Source of the DNA: Candidatus Aenigmatarchaeota archaeon
GTDB lineage: Archaea; Aenigmatarchaeota; Aenigmatarchaeia; GW2011-AR5; JACRMX01
Assembly (NCBI GenBank): GCA_018304635.1
Contig: JAGVVW010000003.1
Location: 1-49,962, forward strand
Length of the DNA: 49,962 nt
Reading direction: 5' to 3'
The notes below the pieces were generated by a model. It saw only the letters and a list, made by a program, of their open reading frames with translations, had not been told where the DNA came from and made no database searches. The position numbers and the translations under genes were made by a program. Below, piece after piece: positions 27,224 to 36,700 of the stretch (the first letter of the stretch is position 1; each line of letters starts with the position of its first letter).

Positions 27224-28825
27224 TTACATTCTTTCCAGCTCTTCAATTCCGAGCATATTCATTCCACTTTTAAGAACATTGCATACAGCCTCTACCATTA
27301 ACAGCAATCCAGCCTCGTTTTCATCTTCGATTATTTGTTTTTTATGATAATAATTGTTCATCATTGATGCCAGCTCAAAAAGATAGTGAGTTATGTAATG
27401 CGGCCTAAAGCTTCTTCCTGCATTATCAACAACATCAGGGAACATTGAAAGCTGTTTTATAATTTCTTTTTCATCTTCACCCAATGCTTGTAATTTCGGA
27501 TTCTTTTTACTTTTTCTCAAAATCGACTGCAACCGGGCATAAGTATATTGAATGTAAGGACCTGTGTGGCCTTCAAGTTGCGTGGCCTCATCCAAATCAA
27601 AAACATTCACTTTGTTATTATCTGCTTTTAGCATTGTGTACTTCAATGCTCCCATAGAAATTTTCATCAGATCTTTTTTGTTTTTTGCATTCGGCCTTAA
27701 TTTCTTAACAAGCTCATTTTTCAGATCATCATAAGTAACAATGTTGCCTTCTCTGGATGACATTTTCCCGGTTTTCAAGGTTACAAGCTCATAAGGCACG
27801 TGAACATTTTTCTCTTTATATTCCGGTCTTATCATTCCTAAAACTTCAAATAATTGCTGAAAATAGAATTTCTGTTCTGAACCGACAATATGAATCAGCT
27901 TGTCAAATTTGAATTCCCTGAACTGAAGCTCGGCTAAGCCGATATCCTTTGTAGAGTAAAGCGGAGCTTCATCACTTCTCAAAAGAATAAAAACCCCGAG
28001 ATTTTTGTCTTTCATATCAACTATTATAGCGCCCTCACTTTCTTTTGCAATGTGATTTTTCAGAAGTTTCTTCACATTTTTTATGCCGCTGCCATAAACT
28101 TCACTTTCAAAATAAAGCCTGTCAAATTTTAAACCAAATTCTTTATAAATTCTGTCATAATATTCCAGACTCCATTTCCTGGTTTTTTTCCATTCATTCA
28201 TTACATTTTTATCCTGATCATACATTGATTTTGTTATATTCCTTATTTCATTTTCCAGCTTTTCGTTTCCTTTAATGAAATTATTCGTTTTAGCATAAAC
28301 TTTTCCAAGCCATTCACCTTTTCCGGTTTTTGGCTCTTTCAAACCTAGGTGCTTATATCCCCACATAACCTTTGCAACATGCGGCCCTATATCACCCTGA
28401 TAATTTGCTCTTATCACTTTATTACCTAAAAATTCCTGAATTCTGCAGACAGCATTGCCAATGCATGCATTTCGCACATGACCAATATGCATTTCCTTAT
28501 GCGTATTAGCATGAAAGAATTCGATCATGTAAATCTTATCCTGTTTCTGCGCGCCATAATTTTTGCTGCATTCTGACAAAACCATTTTTGAGAATTCAGG
28601 AGAATTTATGTAAAAATTAATATAGCGGCCGACTGTGTTAATTTCTTTTATAAAGTTGAATTTTGCTTTGCGCATCTTTTCAACAAGCGTGTTGAATTTT
28701 TCTTCATCAAGTTCAAAACACGGCAGGCATAGATCAGCATCTATGTTTTTTGGCGGCTTGATAAGTCTATTGCTGTATTCACCAGCTACTACTTCGCATT
28801 CTCTTACGAATTTATTCCATGGCAT
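27224..28825 (-). CDS. argS: arginine--tRNA ligase
   Basis: HIGH, KMSSREG, GPYIQYTYAR, C-terminal ERM. Confidence 0.97.
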   Translation of the reverse strand: MPWNKFVRECEVVAGEYSNRLIKPPKNIDADLCLPCFELDEEKFNTLVEKMRKAKFNFIKEINTVGRYINFYINSPEFSKMVLSECSKNYGAQKQDKIYMIEFFHANTHKEMHIGHVRNACIGNAVCRIQEFLGNKVIRANYQGDIGPHVAKVMWGYKHLGLKEPKTGKGEWLGKVYAKTNNFIKGNEKLENEIRNITKSMYDQDKNVMNEWKKTRKWSLEYYDRIYKEFGLKFDRLYFESEVYGSGIKNVKKLLKNHIAKESEGAIIVDMKDKNLGVFILLRSDEAPLYSTKDIGLAELQFREFKFDKLIHIVGSEQKFYFQQLFEVLGMIRPEYKEKNVHVPYELVTLKTGKMSSREGNIVTYDDLKNELVKKLRPNAKNKKDLMKISMGALKYTMLKADNNKVNVFDLDEATQLEGHTGPYIQYTYARLQSILRKSKKNPKLQALGEDEKEIIKQLSMFPDVVDNAGRSFRPHYITHYLFELASMMNNYYHKKQIIEDENEAGLLLMVEAVCNVLKSGMNMLGIEELERM

Positions 28826-28887
28826 GGTATTGTCTTGTTTCCAAACCTTTTTATACTTGATTATATCAATATAATCATGGTGGTACT

Positions 28888-29112
28888 ATGATAGAATTTA
28901 AATCAAAAGTCAGGACATGGGGAAGATCTTTGGGTATAGTTATACCCAGAGAGGGTATAATTAAAGAAAAAATACAGCCGAATGATATAGTTGAAATTAT
29001 AGTCAAAAAAAATATGAATTCTATAGAAAAAACATTCGGCACATTGAAATTTTCTAAATCTACTACTGAGATATTGAAGGAAGTTGACGAGGAGTTATGG
29101 AATGAAGACTAA
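28888..29112 (+). CDS. AbrB-family antitoxin (VapB-like)
   Basis: RTWGRSLGIVIP; overlaps the PIN gene. Confidence 0.85.
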   Translation: MIEFKSKVRTWGRSLGIVIPREGIIKEKIQPNDIVEIIVKKNMNSIEKTFGTLKFSKSTTEILKEVDEELWNED

Positions 29113-29467
29113 TGTAATTTTTTTTGACACGTATGCGTTTTTCGAGATCATTCGCGGTAATCCTTCTTATGAAAAATATAAACACATGACGATTTTAACT
29201 ACAGTTTTTAATCTGGTTGAATTGAATTATGGACTAAAAAGGCAAAAAGGCAGACAAATAGCTGACAGATATCTGGATTTGTATGAATCTCACACAGTTC
29301 CGATTACTTCTGGTGACATCAAACAGGCTACCGAATTAAAACTCAGAAAAAAAGTTATGTCATTTGCTGATGTCATAGGTTATGTCATGGCCAGAAAATA
29401 TGGTGTTAAGTTCCTGACAGGTGACGAAGATTTCAGAGGCATGAAAAATGTAGAATTTGTAAAATAA
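29102..29467 (+). CDS. vapC: PIN-domain VapC toxin
   Basis: FFDTYAFFE, NLVEL, MSFADVI, LTGDEDF. Confidence 0.9.
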   Translation: MKTNVIFFDTYAFFEIIRGNPSYEKYKHMTILTTVFNLVELNYGLKRQKGRQIADRYLDLYESHTVPITSGDIKQATELKLRKKVMSFADVIGYVMARKYGVKFLTGDEDFRGMKNVEFVK

Positions 29468-29526
29468 TTTGTGTTTTTGCGGGTTTATTATAGATATTAA
29501 AATGTTTTTGTATGATATTTTAAAGT

Positions 29527-29808
29527 ATGGTATATGTTTATGCACTGACAGCAACAACAGAAGAAGTTCCCCAACACCTTAGGTGTTATGATCAACACCG
29601 GGTGGCATTGGGAGATCTTAGGATTTATCCAAGGTATTGCTGGATGCCAAGGGCGTGCCCGCTAACGGTTTGCTTTCAGACAGATCGTGAATTGTCTGAT
29701 GAAGATTTGGAACGAATAGAAAGAACTTACAGAGAACATGGTTTTACTTTAACATTCGACGAGACAATGACGAAAATGAGGCAAAAGCAAGAAAATGTTC
29801 ATTTATAA
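29527..29808 (+). CDS. hypothetical protein
   Basis: 93-aa ORF, no recognisable motif. Confidence 0.55.
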   Translation: MVYVYALTATTEEVPQHLRCYDQHRVALGDLRIYPRYCWMPRACPLTVCFQTDRELSDEDLERIERTYREHGFTLTFDETMTKMRQKQENVHL

Positions 29809-29846
29809 TGAAAGACCGGTTCTGGCTACAAAGACAAGTTTCATAA

Positions 29847-30326
29847 TCATATCATTCTTCCAATCATAAACACACTTTTCTCCTGACCTTCCAAAATTTC
29901 AACATGCTCAATTTTAAAGCCGGCGAGTTTATCACGAATTTGCTTTACTGTTTCAATTTCAGAAAATCGGACAAACTGCAGTACTAAAATCAATCCATTA
30001 TCTTTCATTACGATTTTGAGATCAGTTCCTTTGATTACATGCAAGACATCAAAACAGGTAATAATATCAAAAACAGGCCTGAATGGCAGAAAATCGCCAT
30101 GCGCCCTGATTATATCAGGATTTTTATTTTGCTTTAACATTTCAGAACTGATATCAATGCCAATGATTTTTAATTCTGGTTTTGTTATACGGACAAAATC
30201 CTGAAAGTATCCATTGCCAGTTCCAACATCCAATACAAAACCGCGAGATGGAATGTAAGCTTCTATCTGCAAATATTTTTCATACTGTACAGGCTTCCAT
30301 GAATCATAGATATGGTCAAATAACAT
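29847..30326 (-). CDS. class I SAM-dependent methyltransferase
   Basis: VLDVGTGNG, GIDISSEML, LPF, FDVLH. Confidence 0.85.
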   Translation of the reverse strand: MLFDHIYDSWKPVQYEKYLQIEAYIPSRGFVLDVGTGNGYFQDFVRITKPELKIIGIDISSEMLKQNKNPDIIRAHGDFLPFRPVFDIITCFDVLHVIKGTDLKIVMKDNGLILVLQFVRFSEIETVKQIRDKLAGFKIEHVEILEGQEKSVFMIGRMI

Positions 30327-30381
30327 ATAATAATTATATCTAAAAAATATAAGAATCTAAAAATCAGAAAATGAAATTTAT

Positions 30382-30681
30382 TTACTTCTTTTTCTCAACT
30401 TCCAGTTCTATACCGCCTGTCCAGCTTGCAACACAATTATATAGAATTGCAATTACAGCACCTGACAAAAAACCGAATATTGCATAGATCAAAGGCAATG
30501 CTATTATCGATGCCATGCCGAATCCAGCACCAAATAATGTTTTTTCAAATACAGGCCCGGCAATTCCGCCAAATGTAGCTATAAGCAGACCAAATATGAA
30601 ACCTATTATAGCGTACAGTATGCAGGATAATTTTGCCATGGACATGACTCCAATTTTACTAATGACTTTTTTTTCTGCTAT
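30382..30681 (-). CDS. DUF3566-like membrane protein
   Basis: KIGVMSMAK...YNCVASWTGGIELEV; likely ATA start at 30681 after AGGTGA. Confidence 0.65.
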   Translation of the reverse strand: MAEKKVISKIGVMSMAKLSCILYAIIGFIFGLLIATFGGIAGPVFEKTLFGAGFGMASIIALPLIYAIFGFLSGAVIAILYNCVASWTGGIELEVEKKK

Positions 30682-30775
30682 ATCTCATCACCTGTCAATA
30701 TTTTTATGATATTAATTGTAGCATGATGTATATAAGATTTTCATGCTTTTTAAATTCTACTCCATAGTAATTTTC

Positions 30776-31687
30776 ATGGTTGATGAAAAATATCTGAAAG
30801 CTGGGAAGATCGCTGCTGAAGTCCGCGAAGAAAGCAAAAAGCTTATTGAACCTGGTGCACGGCTGTTGGATATTGCTGAAGCAATTGAAAAACTGATAAA
30901 TAACAAAGGTGCTGACATGGCTTTTCCTGTTAATCTCTCTATAAATGAAATTGCTGCACATTATACACCATTAAAAAATGATACAGTCTTTTTGAAAGAA
31001 ACTGATATAATAAAAGTTGACATTGGCGTTCATATAGACGGCTATATCGGTGATACAGCTTATTCCATATCGCTGGACAAATCCAAAGAAGATCTGGTAA
31101 AAGCCAGTGAACTTGCATTGGAAAATGCTATAAAACTTTGCAAACCAGAAACAAAAGTTTCTGAAATAGGCCATGTTATCAGAGATACAATTGAATCCAG
31201 GGGCTTTAATCCAATAACTAACTTAACAGGTCATGGACTTGAAAGATTTGATTTACATGCAAAGCCCAGTATACCTAATATCCCGGTTGGCACAGAAATC
31301 CTGAAACAGGATCAGGTTATTGCAATTGAACCGTTTGCAACTGATGGCAAAGGCTTTGTAAAAGATTCCGGCAGTATAATGATTTACACTTTAGTTGCTC
31401 CAGCACCTGTCAGAAGCGAAACAGCCCGTGAAGTAATTAAATTAGTTGCAGACAGGCAGCGACTGCCTTTTACTGAGCGCTGGTTTAATTTTACACCAAT
31501 CAAATTAAGACTTGGCCTGCATGAATTGCGGCAGCGCGGAGTGCTTTATGACTATCCTATGCTGAGAGAGGAATCCGGGAAATTTGTATCGCAGGCAGAA
31601 CATACTGTAATTGTTGGAGAAGAGCCGATTGTTACTACGGAATTTGTGAAGAAAATAGATGAAGAACAGAATGAAAAACATAAATAG
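30776..31687 (+). CDS. map: methionine aminopeptidase type II
   Basis: AAHYTP, DIGVHIDG..GDTA, LTGH, AIEPFAT, QAEHT. Confidence 0.97.
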   Translation: MVDEKYLKAGKIAAEVREESKKLIEPGARLLDIAEAIEKLINNKGADMAFPVNLSINEIAAHYTPLKNDTVFLKETDIIKVDIGVHIDGYIGDTAYSISLDKSKEDLVKASELALENAIKLCKPETKVSEIGHVIRDTIESRGFNPITNLTGHGLERFDLHAKPSIPNIPVGTEILKQDQVIAIEPFATDGKGFVKDSGSIMIYTLVAPAPVRSETAREVIKLVADRQRLPFTERWFNFTPIKLRLGLHELRQRGVLYDYPMLREESGKFVSQAEHTVIVGEEPIVTTEFVKKIDEEQNEKHK

Positions 31688-31704
31688 ATTAGATTTGATT
31701 TGAT

Positions 31705-31791
31705 CAAGTAAGCTGACTCGCTCCGCTCGTCAGCTAATTTTTTAACTGACTTTAATCAGAAACAGCCGCAGCCTAAAAAGGCGGCGGTTTT
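31705..31791. repeat. two GC-rich hairpins
   Basis: GCTGACTCGCTCCGCTCGTCAGC and AAACAGCCGCAGCCTAAAAAGGCGGCGGTTT. Confidence 0.65.
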
Positions 31792-32127
31792 ATACTTTAT
31801 TTACAGTTAATAAATGCTGATAGTGGAAATGCTAAAGTTATAATCTCTTCTCTTACGCTTTCAGAGATATTTTATATTTTTGCCAGATGGAAAAGTACTT
31901 CATCTGCAAAAGCTATGTTGAAATATTTGATAACATCTGATGTTGAAGTAATACCTGTTTCTCCGGAAATAGCAGAAAAATCAGGAGAATTTAAATTTTA
32001 TTATGGCAGTAGCATGTCATTGGCAGATGCTGTTATAGGAGCAACAGCATGGAAAGAACAGGCTGTAGTTGTCACAAGTGACAGGCATTTTCTACGTATC
32101 AAGGAAATTAAAGTAAGGTTTGTATAA
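31777..32127 (+). pseudogene. 5'-truncated PIN-domain (VapC) gene
   Basis: frame open from 31777 with IISSLTLSEIFY, SLADAVIGATA, VTSDRHF; first catalytic Asp motif and start codon missing. Confidence 0.7.
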
Positions 32128-32316
32128 AATATTTTGAATGTAAAATATCAGAAAATGGCTTCGCCATAAATCCTAAAATATCCAGGCCATTTTAGACTGC
32201 AAATAGGGTGTGTTCTATACTTTATTTACAATAAAAAATCAAATACCCACGATATCCTTCAGTGTAAATCATGGGGTATGTTTTTGAAATCCCTCTAACT
32301 CCAAGACTGATAATCT

Positions 32317-32580
32317 TTACTTTGTCGCTGTTGTGATGTCCTTGACTGTTGCAGCTTCTTTCTTTTCACGCCTTGACCATTTAATGTCTTCGTATTCTAT
32401 CCATGTGATTATTAGTCCGATGAATACAAGGAACAGTCCGAACAGGCCTGTGAAAACTGTGGCAAGCGCAGCTCTTGTGCTTTCAATTCCGATTATTTTC
32501 ATAACACTTGGGCTGGCATACCAGTATATACCGGCTATCAGAATTATCAGTCCGATAATAAGTTTAGCACCTGCATTCAT
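32317..32580 (-). CDS. small 2-TM membrane protein
   Basis: MNAGAKLIIGLIILIAGIYWY...WIEYEDIK. Confidence 0.7.
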   Translation of the reverse strand: MNAGAKLIIGLIILIAGIYWYASPSVMKIIGIESTRAALATVFTGLFGLFLVFIGLIITWIEYEDIKWSRREKKEAATVKDITTATK

Positions 32581-32660
32581 GCTATATTCTGTGTCTTTTA
32601 ATTTTAAATACTTTATTTTTATAATGGTTGTAGGTTGTATAAAGAAAAGAGTGTGCATAT

Positions 32661-33164
32661 ATGTCATTTTATAAATATTTTCGTGAAGCCTGGAAAAAAC
32701 CAAAAGAAATCGAGAACTATAAAACTTATGTCCGAAAATGGAGAACACAGGATTCTGTAAATCGGGTTGAAAAACCAACCAAAATTATAAGAGCCCATTC
32801 TTTGGGATATAAGTCCAAGCAAGGAATGGTTATTGTGAGAAGCAGGATTCCTAAAGGCGGGAGAAACAGACCCAGAACAACCAAGGCAAGAAAGCAGACA
32901 AAATATGGTCAGACAAGATATACAACCCACCAAAGCCTACAGTCACTTGCAGAAAAAAGAGCTATAAGAAAATTTCCTAATCTAGAAGTTCTTAACAGCT
33001 ATTATGCTGGCGAAGATGGACAATACAAATATTATGAAATCATTATGTATGACAAATACCATCCTGTTATAAAATCAGACAAAAACATGAAGCCACTCCT
33101 GAACCAGAGAAGAAGAGTTTTCAGGGGGCTGACAAGTGCAGGAAAGAAAAGCAGAGAGAAATGA
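32661..33164 (+). CDS. rpl15e: 50S ribosomal protein L15e
   Basis: RAHSLGYKSKQG, LEVLNSYY.GEDG.YKYYE, RVFRGLTSAGKKSR. Confidence 0.97.
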   Translation: MSFYKYFREAWKKPKEIENYKTYVRKWRTQDSVNRVEKPTKIIRAHSLGYKSKQGMVIVRSRIPKGGRNRPRTTKARKQTKYGQTRYTTHQSLQSLAEKRAIRKFPNLEVLNSYYAGEDGQYKYYEIIMYDKYHPVIKSDKNMKPLLNQRRRVFRGLTSAGKKSREK

Positions 33165-33266
33165 AAAAAATACTTTTAGGACAAATGCTGTTATATTTAC
33201 ATTTATCGCAAATTATATTTTCAGCCATTTTCATGCTTTTAATCTATTCTAAGCCAATAATAATTA

Positions 33267-33974
33267 ATGGAGTTTTACGATTTAGTAGTGCACAGTACCC
33301 AGTCTGTAGGTGAAAACAGCACTGAAGATATGATAAATATGGCTGAACGTTTGGGCTTTTCAGGCATCGGAATATCTAAATTCTTTACAACCCGATCTGA
33401 TTTAAACTGGGAGTTGCCTGAAACCAAACTAGATATGATAAAGACGATTATTTTAAAATCGAAAACACCCGACGAATTAAAAACCATGGCAAATGAAGCG
33501 AGAAAAAAGGCAGAAATCATTTGCGTACACGGTGGTGATTATGAAATAAACAGGGCAGCATGCGAAGAAAGCATGATTGATATTCTGCTTCATCCAGAGC
33601 TTGGAAGAACAGATTCCGGTATTGATCATATATGCGCTAAAGCCGCTGCTGAAAATAATGTTGCAGTAGAAGTTGATTTTCGTGAAATAATGGAATCTTC
33701 ATATAAGCACAGGGTATCAGCTTTGGCATATATAAAACAAAATATTGAAATATGCAATAAATACGGAGTGCCCATAATAATTTCATCCAATGCGCACTCT
33801 AAATGGAATTTAAGAACCGGTCGGGATATGGCTGCAATAGGTTACTTGCTTGGTATGGAACTGGCTAATGCTATTGATTCTGTTTCTTCAGTACCTTTAA
33901 AAATAATAACTGAAAACAGAAAAAAATTAGCGGGATTAAAATGGCAAGGAGTTGAAATAATTGACAAACCCTAA
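33267..33974 (+). CDS. rnp3: RNase P subunit Rpp30
   Basis: VHGGD..INRAACE, DIL.HPE, AAENNVAVE; adjacent to Pop5 and L15e. Confidence 0.9.
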   Translation: MEFYDLVVHSTQSVGENSTEDMINMAERLGFSGIGISKFFTTRSDLNWELPETKLDMIKTIILKSKTPDELKTMANEARKKAEIICVHGGDYEINRAACEESMIDILLHPELGRTDSGIDHICAKAAAENNVAVEVDFREIMESSYKHRVSALAYIKQNIEICNKYGVPIIISSNAHSKWNLRTGRDMAAIGYLLGMELANAIDSVSSVPLKIITENRKKLAGLKWQGVEIIDKP

Positions 33975-34341
33975 AATTCTTCCGCCTGTGATGAGAGATG
34001 TTAGAAGATATTTAATCTTTGAAATAATATCTGATAATCCTGTTAATTATGGTGATTTTGTAAAAGCTGTATGGGAATCGTTAATATCTTTTTTAGGAGA
34101 GCTAGGAACCTCTGAATGTAAAATCTGGATAATCAGAAACATGTACAATGAAAATTATCAAAGAGGTATAATAAAATGCAGCCATACACGAATTGAGCAT
34201 TTAAGAATTGCTTTAAGCATGATACACAACATTTCCGAACTTCCTGTAATTATTCGCGTATTAGGCGTAACTGGTACTATTAAAAGTGCAAGAAGTAAGT
34301 ATTTTTCTGGTGAAGAAAATGAATTACAAGGAAATGCTTGA
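33961..34341 (+). CDS. rnp2: RNase P subunit Pop5/Rpp14
   Basis: LPP.MR..RRYL.FE, LGE, VLGVTGTIKSA. Confidence 0.92.
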   Translation: MTNPKILPPVMRDVRRYLIFEIISDNPVNYGDFVKAVWESLISFLGELGTSECKIWIIRNMYNENYQRGIIKCSHTRIEHLRIALSMIHNISELPVIIRVLGVTGTIKSARSKYFSGEENELQGNA

Positions 34342-34714
34342 AAAGGCAAAACGAAGCCTGCCTGAAAAAACAGAAAAACAGGACAGATTTGAAGTTCCTG
34401 AGCCTATGGTAGATTATCAGGGAAAGCAGGTAATAATAAAAAACTTCAGTGAAATAGCCAGAATCTTGAGACGGGATCCTAAACATATATCAAAATTCTT
34501 ATTCAAAGAACTTGCTGTGCCTGGCTCGCAGACAAATCAGGGCCTTTTGATATCCGGTAAGGTGGATAAGGTTATAATTTCCAAAAAAATAAATGATTAT
34601 GTCAGGGTTTATGTCAGATGTGACAAATGTGGCAAGCCGGACACAAATCTGGAAAAAAAAGACCGGATGTTTGTATTGAAATGCGAATCATGTGGAGCAA
34701 AGAAAATCATATAG
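34319..34714 (+). CDS. eif2b: translation initiation factor aIF-2 beta
   Basis: RFEVP, LRRDPKH..KFL.KEL, C..CGKPDT, C.SCGA. Confidence 0.93.
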   Translation: MNYKEMLEKAKRSLPEKTEKQDRFEVPEPMVDYQGKQVIIKNFSEIARILRRDPKHISKFLFKELAVPGSQTNQGLLISGKVDKVIISKKINDYVRVYVRCDKCGKPDTNLEKKDRMFVLKCESCGAKKII

Positions 34715-34775
34715 AAAGAGGAGGCGCGGTTCAACATAAAAATGGGAGGGTTACAAATATGGGAGGGTCACAAAT

Positions 34776-35069
34776 ATGTTCGTGTGTAAAGTTCATAAAA
34801 CCGATTCAGATGTCTTGCTGGCAGTTACGGATAAAGACCTGGCTGGAAAAAAACTATACCATGACGGTGTGGATATTTATCTTGATGCAAATTTCTATGG
34901 TACTGAAATCTGCGATGAAATGCAGATTATAGATAAAATAAAAAATGCAACTATAATAAATGCATTTGGAAGTAAAATTGTAAAACTGTTAACTGATATG
35001 GATGTGGTTGACAAAAATTCTGTAATATTAATAGATAAGATAAAGCATGCTCAGGTGATTAAAGTATGA
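34776..35069 (+). CDS. DUF424 family protein
   Basis: LLAVTDKDLAGK, FYG, ATIINAFG, HAQV. Confidence 0.85.
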   Translation: MFVCKVHKTDSDVLLAVTDKDLAGKKLYHDGVDIYLDANFYGTEICDEMQIIDKIKNATIINAFGSKIVKLLTDMDVVDKNSVILIDKIKHAQVIKV

Positions 35070-35380
35070 AAGGACAGTGGTTTATCATAACAGCTGTTGT
35101 TTTGACTGGAATATTTTTTGTCATATCTGGATTTTACGCTACATACAGTAAAACCAAAGACACTGATATAATAGGCTCAGATACTGCGTACTATTTTAAA
35201 AATGTAAAAACAGCCATAGATAAACTTCGTGGATTTCAGTATGATGATAGGCATCTGAATGAATTTATCTATTTTTCCCGGAAAAATCTTGAAGAACGTG
35301 GGATAAATTTTAAATTAGACGGTGATGTTATCTATATGTATGCAGAAGATACAGTAATTGAATACAAGTTGCCGCAGTAA
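35066..35380 (+). CDS. class III signal peptide (pilin-like) protein
   Basis: MKG|QWFIITAVVL N-terminus. Confidence 0.65.
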   Translation: MKGQWFIITAVVLTGIFFVISGFYATYSKTKDTDIIGSDTAYYFKNVKTAIDKLRGFQYDDRHLNEFIYFSRKNLEERGINFKLDGDVIYMYAEDTVIEYKLPQ

Positions 35381-35393
35381 AGAAAACTTTTGG

Positions 35394-35672
35394 GAAAAGA
35401 AAATAATATGCGACGGAGTTAAGGACGTAATACTATATGTATCATGGTATTATATCAATTGGGTGTTTTTTCTTTCCGTACAGGCTTTCTGTTTCAAAAG
35501 CGAAAAACTTGACGCATCGAAACGCATGATGCAGCGTACCTTGACGAGCTTCGCTCGTCTTTCAACGTTTGCATCTTTCGGTTTATGCGTCTTACGATTC
35601 GTTTTTGAAACTCCAAGACAGCCTTCGGCTGTCGTCAGATTTTTGGAAAATTTGACAAATAAAAAGAAAGGT
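35394..35672 (+). repeat. CTTTCCGTAC element, expanded copy with nested hairpins
   Basis: TTTTCTTTCCGTACAGGCTTTCT...AGAAAG enclosing GACGCAT/ATGCGTC, GACGAGC-TTC-GCTCGTC and GACAGCC-TTC-GGCTGTC. Confidence 0.8.
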
Positions 35673-35678
35673 TAGAGT

Positions 35679-36683
35679 ATGAAGATAACAAAAAAAGATG
35701 TTGAAGAAGCGGGCTTTGAAAAACCAAGAACAGGTATTATAGTGATTATTCTGATTATTATGATTCTGACAGCATCTGCAATATATTATTATTTTATGAT
35801 TGATGCGCCGAAAAGAGCTGTAAGCCAGTTTCAGTCTTCAGCCCAGTCATGGCTGAAAGATCAGGAAACCCTGCTGAACACATTATCAAAGAAACATGCA
35901 GAAGATTACAGTGCTAAAGTAAGCTTTATATCGCAAATATCAAATTTATGCAAAACAGATATAGAAGCTGTAAAGATTTTCAAAAGTGCATACCCAAATA
36001 CAACTAATTATACTACATCCTGTGGCGAATCCTGTATTATAACAATTGACGATAATATATTCACAATCAGACGCCCAAAATATGACTGGTCAAATCTCTA
36101 TACTTATAATTCAACGTTTGACGACTGCATAAAGAAAAATATACCACCTGCACTGTTAGAACAGGAGCTGCTCAAAACAAATCCATATGAAATAAAAAAA
36201 GAGATAATTGCATGGGCTAAAATCCAGATAAATGGCAAAGAACAAGGCTGTGAGAAATCAGGAAAAATTATTTCCACAATGAAAGCTGTCAATACATTGT
36301 ATAGTTATGTAAATATTGGACATGAACAATATAGAGAACAGATGAACAGGAGCATTTATCCGGTGATAATTAATCTCAACAATTCTTTGGATATTGCCAA
36401 AATATCCGACCAGGTCAGGGCAAATATATCCTATGCAAATAATAAGATATATTTTTCAATAACCCAGCAATTCATTGAAATCAAAAATGAAGACATAATA
36501 ACACTTGGATCTCCTCTACTACAGGAATCACTTGATTGCCAGACAATTGATCTGTCATCTATTTTCGTGAGTTCCTATATCAATGAAAAATATCAGCAGT
36601 TTATAGGACAGTATAGTGCAAAAAATTACCAAAAAATAGATTCATCAGTGATTTTGCTGCTGGGCGCGATTGAATCTATTTAA
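35679..36683 (+). CDS. membrane-anchored hypothetical extracellular protein
   Basis: single N-terminal TM, several Cys and NxS/T sequons. Confidence 0.7.
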   Translation: MKITKKDVEEAGFEKPRTGIIVIILIIMILTASAIYYYFMIDAPKRAVSQFQSSAQSWLKDQETLLNTLSKKHAEDYSAKVSFISQISNLCKTDIEAVKIFKSAYPNTTNYTTSCGESCIITIDDNIFTIRRPKYDWSNLYTYNSTFDDCIKKNIPPALLEQELLKTNPYEIKKEIIAWAKIQINGKEQGCEKSGKIISTMKAVNTLYSYVNIGHEQYREQMNRSIYPVIINLNNSLDIAKISDQVRANISYANNKIYFSITQQFIEIKNEDIITLGSPLLQESLDCQTIDLSSIFVSSYINEKYQQFIGQYSAKNYQKIDSSVILLLGAIESI

Positions 36684-36700
36684 GATTTTATTCTATACCT

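Noticed and set aside
32150-32200. fluoride riboswitch-like TTCGCCATAAA
   Set aside because: The upstream GGCGATG pairing strand and downstream TAATGAC motif are missing, and no suitable downstream gene is present.
32581-32778. long N-terminal extension of the membrane protein
   Set aside because: Overlaps rpl15e on the opposite strand.
35358-35675. 105-aa ORF
   Set aside because: It reads through the palindromic element and has no protein-like motif.
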